NCBI GenBank assembly: GCA_002633005.1
Contig: NMRA01000003.1
Coordinates: 1,727,618-1,791,617 of the forward strand
Direction: 5' to 3'
DNA: 64,000 nt
Source of the DNA: Phoronis australis
Lineage: Eukaryota; Animalia; Phoronida
The notes under the pieces were generated by a model, which was given only the letters and a program-made list of their open reading frames with translations, did not search any database and was not told where the DNA came from. Made by a program: the position numbers and the translations under genes. Below are positions 10,593 through 22,300 of this stretch, one piece after another. How positions within the stretch are numbered: the first letter of the stretch is position 1; each line of letters begins with the position of its first letter.

Positions 10593-12883
10593 ATGGCAGC
10601 CTCCAGTGACGAGACACTTTCTCAATTCTTCGGCCAGAAACATGCTTCAAAGAAGCCTTGTAGAGCTTGCGTTGACTTCAAAACGTGGGCAAAACTTCAA
10701 GGAAAAGCAGATTCTTCTAAAACGTCTAATTTAGTTAGTATTTATCGATGGAACACAATTTAGGACAAGTTCAGAACCTGTCTTGTGTAAAAAACGACAG
10801 TTCTTCAGTATTTCAGTGAAATTTTCACTGTAGTGCAGGACCTGATTTAGTTTGATTTATTAAACCAGACAGTCACTGAGTGAAATTGAAAAATGGCCTG
10901 GTACACAGCAGATGAAACTGGTTCTCTAACTCAGCAATTTTAACACCGTATGTTTACTTGCCATATTATATTGAACGCATGCTTGGATGACATTGATTCA
11001 TGCACCTTTGAAACATGAAAGCAATGGTAGGCAATAATCCACATTTTGAGAACCAGTTTTTTGCCCGTTATTCAGTGAAAAATACTGGTTCTCAAAATGC
11101 AGGCATGTTATATCCAACTGTTACATATCTCAAGGAAAGGATTCAGAAAATACCATTATCAAGTGGCTGTGAATTAGGAGTTGAATTGTAAACAATAATC
11201 ACAAAAACCATGAATTTGAAGATGATTTGTTCTCAGTAACTAGCACAAATTCAATGAAATTCTTTCTCGTGGAATCGGCTCTGAACTCCAGTTTGCAAAG
11301 TAACTTTAAGAATATACCTCTTAGTGATGTTTTTAAACTTCAAAGCACTTTGGTTAAAATTAATTATTGACAATTAAATAGTGGCAAAATGCCCCTTTTA
11401 TCAAATACTGAAATCTTTTTTGCTTCATTATATATAAGCATAGTTGTTCGTAATGTACAGTAAATGTAAAATAAAATCCGTTAAATTTTAAAAAGGATTA
11501 GCCTTTGAAAATTTTTGTGCAAAACTGAAGAGAGCTTTATGTACATGCTGCTACTTTGTTTACACGGTTGCTGTTAGATTAACACATACTTTTCACTTAA
11601 TAATACTGTGGAATTTCCTTAGAGTTCTGTGATAATACATAGAATATTTCTGTTGTTTTCAGGAAACAAGAAACTCGCGCTATTCCAGTTTGGATAGTGA
11701 AGGAGGAAGTGGAGCGTCACCATCTCAAGATCCCGAGTGTCCCCTTGATGTCACAGAGTTAGGAAGGAACACTTGGTCATTCCTTCATACTATGGCCTCC
11801 TATTATCCTGATAATCCCTCTGTGAAGCAACAACAAGACATGAAACAGTTCATGCACTTGTTTTCCAACTTTTTCCCTTGTGAACATTGTGCGGAGCATT
11901 TAAGACATAGGTAATGTTTCCTGAGAAATGTCCTCTCATTTTCACAGACTTGCATCAATCCAATACAAGTCTTCCAAATTGCAATGTCTCTCAAGTGTAC
12001 TTTGTAACATCTTGAAGTGTTGAACAATGGAGAATGCGTTACTTCTTTCTGTGCATGTTGTGGTGTTGCAGTCGGACAGTCCTAACCTTCTGCGGGTCCT
12101 AAGCAAACATTGAATTGGAGGCCCCTTTCCCAACTGACTCTAACACACCCACTGACAGTATAACCAAGTTTACAATGAATGTTGTATCTGAGGAGAGAGA
12201 CAATGAACTGAATCCTCATGGTCCATAATACAGTCAAGTAAAGTTAGCAACATCAACATACTTTATTAAAAACATTGAAATTGATCGATTTCAATTTCAG
12301 GAAATGGAATGTTGATGACATTTTTCTGCAGAAGATACGGCAAAGTGTCAAATCTTGATTTTTCTAGAAAGCTTCAAAACTTACAATTAGCAGGCTTTCA
12401 ATGTGTAAATCACCCACTGAAAATCATTGAGTCTTGCGAGTCAGATGTTTCCGCCCTTGTTTACCGATTGGATTTCCCTTGTGCGGCTAAATTTAAACAC
12501 AGTGTCTATTAGCCACCATAGTTATGGACAAATGATTGACAAACGAGATTTGTTTTTTTAAGGGGTTGACTTGTTCAAATGTGTGTTCTCAGTGAGAACC
12601 AGTATTTTTGGTTTGATAGCTACTAATTTTTTAAAAGAAAATCTTCACTTTGGGTACTTTAAGCAAGTCGTGCTCTCAACTACTTGTTTCCAAATCTAAT
12701 TGACAGCAACTACTTTATAGGTTAAAGGCAAGCCCTCCAGAGACATCAACTCAAAGTAAATTTGCTCAGTGGCTGTGTAGGATACATAACGATGTGAATG
12801 TAAGACTTGGCAAGCCAGTGTTTGACTGTAGTAAAGTAGATGAACGATGGCGAGATGGTTGGAAGGATGGAAGCTGTGATTGA
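10593..12883 (+). CDS. GFER: FAD-linked sulfhydryl oxidase ALR / Erv1, 183 aa, 3 exons
   Basis: Exons 10593-10733, 11663-11910 and 12721-12883. Shuttle motif [13 protein letters not shown]; [24 protein letters not shown]; redox CEHC; [37 protein letters not shown] typical of ALR. Confidence 0.96.
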
Positions 12884-13305
12884 CGAGAAGCCTCGATGGT
12901 GACTAAGTGGGGCAAAACCCTAGGACAGTTTTGCAAGATCAGGCAATCTCGCCTTCCGCCCTCACTGCATTTGGTGTGGGCACAGCTAGGTCAGCAGTGG
13001 AATGATTCTTGCACATGAAACCAGATGACTTGGTGATTGTAGTCTGGTTCACATGACGCTGGCTAAATGGCAACAGCATTCCTGCTTGGACAAGAAACCA
13101 AAGGGAAACTGCAATGTGAACCACATACAGGGATTCTTAGTTTACACGGATGATTTCGAAGTAGTATTCCAATTAATCATGTATGGACAAATAGCATGTC
13201 CTAGCTCTTATCTAAATTTACTCAATGATTATTTCCCAGTATATTTTGTTTAATTGGCTTCATCAGTTTATCAAATGTATAAGAAGAGAGAGAAAATGAC
13301 TATTT

Positions 13306-13326
13306 AATAAATGATTTATTTTTATT
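13306..13326. terminator. Back-to-back polyadenylation signals for GFER (+) and POLD2 (-)
   Basis: AATAAA on + at 13306-13311. TTTATT (AATAAA on -) at 13315-13320 and 13321-13326, about 52 nt past the POLD2 stop. Confidence 0.6.
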
Positions 13327-13377
13327 GACATACGTAACAAAAATGACAAATAAAAATGAATTTTTACTGTTATATCA

Positions 13378-16300
13378 TCACTTGTCAACTTCTGGACTTG
13401 TTTGATCGCAAGCTGAAAGTGATGCATTGAACGTGACGGGAAAGCAATCCAAAGTTCGCAGATTCAACATGACGCAAGTGTTTGTCTTGCTGTACTTCGG
13501 AACTGTAATAAGACGCACTTGTTGACCTCTGGGCCCTGAAATGTGAAAAATATGTGCAACATTTTTTGTAGAACGGACATATTTCGCATGTTGTTCGGAT
13601 GTTACAAATAGCACGACAGATTGTGTGTGCATTTATAAAGGAATTTGGGCCTAGTATTGCAGAGAACGTTCTACACAGAAGGATTCCCAACAATACTTTT
13701 TACTTAACCATTGAACCACTACAATAAAACAAGGAGAACAAGTCATAACAATGAGTGATGAGAGTAATCAGTCACCCTTCCTACACCTGCTCAAGCAAGC
13801 CATAAAATGAATGTAAACTACTGCAGGACTAATAAGTTTGTGTGCATTGTGGTCTGAAAAAGCAACAAGAGCAATGTATAGGGATGATATGCACCCACCA
13901 TGTGCATTACAAACGGTTAAGAAATAAGTGTGTTTCAATAGTGAAGAAATAAGGGGTGATCATGTTTCATATATTTCCAAGGTGGTCGGATCCATCTAAA
14001 ATCAGAATCCACTGTGCAAGCTCTCCTCGCTAAGAAAACATGTCAAATTCGTGACGATGCGTCAAAGAGCTTGAAAAATATTGAGGGACAAACAATGGCA
14101 ATCTGTCACTAGGGTGTACCACAGGAGTTGGAAATCAACATCAGTCCTGTTTTCCTCAAAAAGAACACATACGCCAAATTAAATTTAGAAACAACCAAAG
14201 AACTTAGTAGACATAAGGCAAACGGAACTACTAAAATTACCATTAGGGGGCACTGTAGTACACCTGTCCGAAAATAAATGTTGACCTAGTTCTCCTCAGT
14301 AGGAACACAACTACTTGCTTTCATAATTCTTCCAAGCAGTTGTGGATAGAGGCAGATGCCAAAAACATAATTAATTGAGGAGGTGCCATCGTTTCCTTCA
14401 CAGAAACTTACATGCCAAATATGATGATCTATCAAGGAATTTGAGAGAATTTGAGACATATGAACAGAAAACCTAAGTAGTCGCTAAGTGCATCACAATA
14501 GTTGGACCCATCCTGAATAAGGCAGGTACAATTCAATATAATGTTACGTAGGATTTTATGAAAATGTTCATATTAGTAGGCAGGGGAAGAGGTGGCTAGA
14601 GAGTGATGCACTATTCACATTGGACTGACCACTGGTGTCTGCACTATTCACATTGAACTGACCACTGGTGTCTGCACTATTCACATTGGACTGACCACTG
14701 GTGTCTTTTGTCATTTACTCAGCACAAAAATAAAGCCTTTTGTTTCAAGAGTTTCGTTTAATTTGTGGTTTAGCAAACAGGTTGACAAAAGTTGCCACCA
14801 AGAAGTCGTAGCATTCCTCCCAGAATTGATTGGTAAGTGCAGGGCTACCAACACATTCGGCACATGACCTGAACCTTCACCCTAAAAATATGTATTTTGA
14901 TAACGAAAATTTGGGCAATTTCCAGAACTTTCATCGAAGTTTTAACTTTAATCTCAAGATGACGTGATACACATAGAAACCACAAATTTCAGTAAATCGT
15001 GTTCAACTAAAACCCCCTTAAAAACAACTCAGCAGGGTTGATTTCTCCCCAAATATTGATTTCTTATTCATGCTAAAGTCATAGGTGCCCAAGTTCTCCG
15101 CCGTTGATGATGTCGGCGGAAAGAAATGTGGTGCATTTTTTATTCTGTTTTCTAAATTTAATTCTTATTAATTCATTCTCTTCTGAAATTTCGCGCTCAA
15201 TATTTTGTCACGACTTCCAAAGCAGATATCCCACCACATTGAGCTATACAAGCATGTTTTTAATTTTCAATAGACCATTCCAAAAACACAAAGCCTGACA
15301 TGCAATATTACAGTGCACACTGGTACTACTGGTACTTAGGATCTTGCACTCTTTGCTATTTCCGTCATTTACCAATGAAAATTTTCTGTCGCCATCTTGC
15401 TTCAAAAACGACAATAATGTTAAAAAGTATGTTTTGCTTTTTTAATGATTTAAAGAGAAATAAATTTTCAAAAATAATATTCTTTGATTAAAAAGACCGT
15501 ATGCACATTAAGATCATGTAGAATAGACAGCAGGAAAATCCGTATCAGTTGGCAACCCTTCCTGCTACTAAATATGTTGACTAAATTTCAAGAATAATAC
15601 ATGGTTCAGGACATATCCACGGTCAATGTCCAGATGTCCGTCCAAAATTTGGCTCCTGACATCCTCTGCTCGATAGAAAGTCTTTCATAACTCCTAAAGA
15701 CCGCTGATACGTTTGGATGATGGACACTCAATTCCCAGATGGAGATTACAATATGCACCAACTTAATGTACATGTGGGCACTATAATGTCCCATAAAGGA
15801 CTTTGGTGTACAGGAGTGTCGAAGTGAAAGTGTAATGCACCTGACCCTTAATTACCTTTAAAAAGCTCCGTCTTGAACTCTGTCTGGCTTCCAGCGAAAT
15901 AGACATGAGGACAGCTATCAATGATAAAAGGATCTTTGTCCAAGTATGGGTAACATCCTGCAATGAACAGTTATGCATTAATAAAACACTACATTCAGAA
16001 CTACGTTTCATTTCACATTGCCAAAAAATTGCGGATATGTAGAGCATAAGATGAAATAAATAAAACGCTTTAAAATTACTATTCGTTGCATTGTTACCAA
16101 ACTTTCAGTGTAAGATGCAAATGTGTTGCTTTATGATGGACAGTTAAGAGGCCATTACATTGACGGTAACTGAATCGAAATAAAAAATCAATTTTTGTCT
16201 GGATTTGCTAACCGTCTTCCTGTCATCTGATTATGTTGTTAAACTGTAGTTACCTCCCATGAAATTTAAGATAACTGGGTTTAGAATAGGAAAGTACCCA

Positions 16301-19300
16301 ACTTGCCGATTAACTCATTTGGCAGTAACAGGGGAACTCGATGAAAGGCATGCGTTTCAGTGAAAAGGTTGAGTTCAACACTAAAGAAATATTTTAATAG
16401 GGTATCGTGCGATCAAATAAAATTTGACTGGGCCATCAGGAAAGCCCATTTCTATGAGCATAACCCAACAACCACATCCCAACTTCAACTAGTCTGCGTA
16501 GATACAGAAATACATTGTATGATTGGCGTAGCTTTCAAAAGATTAGACTATTACCGTAATACATTGAGTTTGACGAAGAAAGAATGACACATCCTGTCGC
16601 AACAACCTTCCCAAATGCCACCACTGCAACTCACTTTGTAACAGGAAAACTTTATTGGCATAAGATAATTTTGATGCAAAACAATGTAAAGCATGGCAGC
16701 AGTCAGAAACATGTCCTACAGATGCATTGTGGGTAAATGCTGCAGAATAAGACTGGCAGTTTGGTATTTCAGGACATGGATTTTGTAAGACCTATATTAT
16801 GCTTAGTTAAGGCAGAATTCGTTAAATATACAAATGAAAGTGCTCAGAGGAGTGACACTTGGCAAAAGTAAATGAAAAAAGTAGAGGTGATGTTGACGAT
16901 GAAACCACGAACACCAACGACCATGACCCTGGCCTGACATCCCTCACACTAATGTAAAGCAAATGATAAACCAAAACGAGAGCGCTCGGAGGAGCGACAC
17001 TTGGCGGAACTAATCGAAAAGACGACGATGAGGGAGACGACGACAATCAAGACGATCACGGCGGCAATTATGAATAAGACGATAACACGATAACATTCAT
17101 GTGACTAGCGAAGAAATCAAATAGAGAGCAGACAATCAACTACAATAAAGAACAATAGATGGCCCAGCATGACGGACGAGTCATGTCTGTTCCCACATTC
17201 TAAAATAGGTGGCGCTATGTGACAGTCTGCAAAGCAAAGTTATGTTTACAATAAGTATTTGCCCTGGAATTGTACAGTCTACAGAGAGCTATGCCACAGT
17301 AGGACACTGCTGGCTGGGTCAGTCTGGGTCAACTAGGCATAACCAAAACAAAGTGAACTGAAAGCCAGCCACCTGCGCGTTGCATAGGGACAACGGTATC
17401 CGAAAATCTCGAATAATTCAAAAAGTAGACGTCGTAGCGCAAAATGGAAAGTATCCTCTGAAAGCCCGTTCAAATCTCTATCTAATGTGATAGTTTGGCA
17501 AAAATCCAAAAATTTTTCGAGAAAATTGAAAATTTGCCGGTTTTTTTTGAAATTCAAAGTCAAATAACTCGAAAACGGTAAGTCTGAGAAATACGCTCTC
17601 GCAGACTTTTTGAAAGGCCATACTTCAAGGAATCCACATGCAAAAATTCACGTCATTTGCTCTTCCCATAAAAAATGCGACAGCAGAGCGATTGAAACCG
17701 TGTGAACATGCCCCACAGCCGCCATCTTGAAGGTGACTTCCGGTTCAATAATTTTTTATAAAAGCTTATTAAACTCAACAAACACGTGACCAGTTTGAAA
17801 GTGATTGGTTTGCAATTGCGCCCTCTACAGGAGAAAACGTTTTTAGCCCTATTTCGGGGTGCGCATGCGCCACGTCCAATATTTCCGCCATCTTTAACCG
17901 GAAGTCAACGATTTTCTGCACAATTGTAGCACATGCGTTCTAGTATATTCGTACCGATTTTCAGCCATGTAGGTCGAAAAATGCGGCCTCTACGAGTATT
18001 TGACTGTGAAATCGGATACAAAATGGCCGCCACGTCCGCCATTTTGTATTCGATAATGACCAAAAACAATAGGCTTCTAGGACTTTCCGATCTACATGTT
18101 GTGTGCAAATTTCGTGAAAATCGGTCGAAAATTGCGACCTGTAGAGTGCGAACAAACAAAAAAAAAAAAAAAACTTGCTGTCAGACCAACATACTTGGCG
18201 GAAGAATTCCGCCAAGTAAAAACTGCATTGAGGAATCAGTCAATAAAAGAACAGTCATCAAATCAAAAATTTTCAATTAACTCAACAACAGGTAAGTTGA
18301 AGCGAGAAATCATCAAACCAATCCAGATAAATATTTTACTGTATAGCAAATTTCAGAAGGTTCCCTCAAATGACTGCAGTGCTAGAGCTCTGCAAGTGAT
18401 GATTTGAAAAAAAATAATCGTCACTGTGTCATCTTGATTTCGATTTCACCCCAAAATAAAAACCTTGAGCTTTTAATGAAGAACGCGTTGTACATAAACT
18501 TTATGTAGATGAGACGTAAATTGAGACATGTAGCACCAATTTAAAAGACCAATAGAAGTGCAACAAGTAATTAGTCAACAAAAGAGCAGTCATTTGATCA
18601 CAAAAACTTAAATATCTCGAGTGGCATATTAGAGATATGACTTGAAGAGATCTATCTACATGTCAAAGTTCAGAAAAATCCCTCCAGTGACTGCAGAGCT
18701 ATGGCTACACAAACCATAACATAAAAAATGGCTGCCACAACGCCATCTTGCATTGATCGGATAACGCATAAGACATGCTGCCTATAGCGAGCAAACAAAC
18801 AAACTCACTACCCAGCAGAGCAACATATTTGGCAAAATTTCATTTCACCAAGTAACAACTACATGCCCTTGAATGTCTTTTGACAGCAAAGTAAACTATG
18901 CAAATGCACAGGCATGAATACACTACTTATAACTACAATAAGTAACTGAATAATAGCTAACATCCAATGTTGGTGTCACCAACAGCCAGTGCTCATTACC
19001 CAAAGTATCCGGAGCAGTGGGTGCCAGATGTGCCCACACAAGCGTCCTCTCTAGTATTTTCAAAGGGTTGTCCTCGGTTGAATATTTGTATATGTCATCC
19101 AGGTTTTGACCGGACGTGCCCAGCAATCTGCAAAACACAGTATACAGTTACTGAGTTGTCACATAAAAGTTAAGTAGGACCTTATCAACAAGTATTTGTA
19201 GTTTGCCAAAATTCTACAAACTATAGAGTTCAACCCAGTACAAGCAGCACTTCCAAAAGTAGATAGCCTGTAGAATTCATACCAACCTGCAACCACCTCT

Positions 19301-22300
19301 ATCACATGACCAAGTATTTTCAGGAAAAATGAAAGGTACATTCATAGCAATAACATTGCTAAATTTTGTTTTTCACCAATGTTCAAGATGAAATCTCAAA
19401 AAGGCTGACTTAGTTTTCTACATTGTTTTTAAAATCTTCCAAGTATTCATGAGGAGCTATCAAAATATATGACGAAAACGATTTTCAGGCAAAAAATCAC
19501 AAAATGCATAAAACAAGAACAAAAAATAAATTACTAGAAAACTGTATTTAATAGCATTGTTGAGATTTCATTGTGAACATTTTTGTCAAATGAAATTTGA
19601 TCATGTTACTGATACTATTGCTTTACAATCAATGTATCAGTTTTTTACTAAATTTTACTAAAAAACATGGTCACTTGACCCAATTAAAAGTAGACTGATA
19701 AACAGTCAAAAATCCAAATCTACAGGCTTTCCATTTTCAGAAAATACATACCTTTACTAAGCTTAAGTTAATAGACTTTTAGATATTTGTCTAAATACAT
19801 AGACATGTCGATAAGGACCTACGTAACCTTAACACAAAACAACAAAGTCTTAACTTACACAAAAACACATACATTATGATAACAATTACCAACCCTGGTG
19901 GTGTATCTGAGGAAGGGGACAACCTTTTATTATTTGAATAGACTGAGAAGTAGAGAACTGACCACCAGCATAGGGGTGTTTGTGGTATAAGGAGCCATGT
20001 GATGAGAAAGCATGCATTTGTACAGGTGAGACAGTTACCTCATCAACAAGTCAGACTTGATGAGTCTCAAGTTGACCTTCTATGATGCTTGGTGTTAAAT
20101 CGTACAAATTCTTGCTCTGTACCACGTAATCCAATTCCATTCACTTATTTCGATAATCAAAGAGTACCATTCCTTTAGTCCCTTACCACACTATGGTGCA
20201 TCTTCTTACAACCTGACTTTGACGTGATGATATTTTAAACAAAATAATATATTGCGATCCCAGTTTGAATTTAATGGTAATAAGAAATACTTTACTAAAG
20301 AAGATACATTGTAAATGTTATAAAGAATATAACCTACTGAAATGTCGTGCTAAAAAGATAACAGCAACATTTAGATTGAATACGCAGAAAGTTTACATTG
20401 TCTAAGTCAAACACGAAATTACCGGACTCCATCCACTGAGAAATCATAGGGGTTGGTGACCAGGTGAACGCTGGAGTACTGCAAAGCCCTGGGGAACATA
20501 CATGGATGGAGGGGCTGCTGAGGCAATATGTGGTTGGCAGGATCATATTCTCCACTCATCACATCCACATCAATTGACGTCTGAAATGAAGTGCAAACTA
20601 ACAGTCATAGCTAGGTGGTGGTTTATTGCTGACATTGTATACGCCTGTAAATGAAGCAAAAAGTGGCAAAATTGGAAATACCTACAAAAACGTTGTACAC
20701 TGAATTTTGAAACACAATTTGTGTGCAAGGCTTTAATTATCAAAATTAAATTGACCCTTAATTGACCAACAGTAAAACATGTACAAAATATGTTTGCAAC
20801 AAGAATTACCACCTTGACAATAAGAAGTGGATTTACAAAGTATTACCTACCAACGTTGACACCTCACAGAAGAGATTATAGGAGAGGGAAAATACCTTAA
20901 ATTTATCCTAATATGAAATTTCGCAACTTGTCATTAAGACATGACTTACAGCAAGTTGCATGATGACATCATCCACAGACATCATGGCCTCAATGCTGCC
21001 AGCCTCAAACTTCTTACTCAAGTATTTGGCCTAAATCAACAAACATTTCACGAGTTAAAAATGATACAGAAGCGAAAATAACATGAATATGAGGACAATA
21101 CGAAAAAGGTTTTCATCTAGCAGACCTCCACCGCATCCAACAGAGTACCCTGACTCAATTTTGGACACCCCAGATAGAATGACATCTGCAGCATTTGGAG
21201 GCCCTCTTCAGCATTTAGACGCCAACCAAGTAAAGTAAGCAAGTAACCATTAGTGTCTCCAATAAAGGTAATTGCAGGACACAATATATTAAAAGGTCAT
21301 CGCAGGACAAAATATATTAAAAGGTCATCAAAAGACACAAGCAATTAAATGGTCATTACATGATATATTATCCAGTTTAATCAGAATCACGACTAATTGC
21401 AAATGACAGGTGCCACTTTCTAAAAAGTATTTTGAATTTCATACTCACATTTAACGTGATTCTCAAAAAGAAACATAAGTTCCCAAACACTAAAGCTTAT
21501 CACTATTGACTTATTCCTAAAAATTGCACAGTGAGGCAGTGAGCTAATAAAAAAGAGGTCAAGAGGTCGCACAGCTCCACCCACCTTGTGAAGCTGCTCC
21601 TTATCTTGTGTATCCTGACTAAGGCAGTTGCCAGCGAAGACAACACGCACCACTTTGGACGACGACTCCTGCTCACACTCATCTCCCAACTGACCAGTCA
21701 GGTAATCTAGTAGCAACTGGAGACCAAATAAGTCCTGTGTACTCTTACTAATGTCCAGTCCTGACACCAGTGCAATGTATCTACAGGTAACAAAAACAGA
21801 CTCTATGAAGTGTGGTTGTAACAACTGAGTCAGATTTTTGGCAGCAGGGCAATAAATTATTATCAAACAAGAGCAATGTAGAGCATTGAAATGCGCCCAC
21901 GACTGCAACGTAAATGGTGTGCTTCTTATGGTGTTTTTAGCATCTTAAAAATGGCAATTAGATGAAAATCTACCAAGGATCTCCAAATATACAGAGGCAG
22001 TAAGCAGGCACAGCAGTAGTCAAATCTGTCCATCTGATGTCATGTTAATAAGAACAGAATTGAAAAATTGTGATCTTAGATACAGACACAGACACAAAAA
22101 TAATGTCATTAGGGACTACCACAATAAAGTTGGACCCATCTGAAAATCTACGCCAGTCATGCTCATATCAGTAGAAACACATCTGCCAATTTTCATAACC
22201 GTCCTCTGAGCGGTTTAGCTGATACAGAAGCAAACAGAAAAAAAAACGGATTAAAAATAATTCACCTGGCCACTTGGTGGCACAGAATAGTTATGTTGAA

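Noticed and set aside
14607-14705. 33-bp repeats resembling a CRISPR array
   Set aside because: The units are directly adjacent with no spacers, the context is a eukaryotic intron, and there are no cas genes.
17905-18407. Cluster of overlapping ORFs, mirrored at 61413-61831
   Set aside because: Chance frames in a non-coding family-B repeat; no Rep, helicase or transposase motifs.
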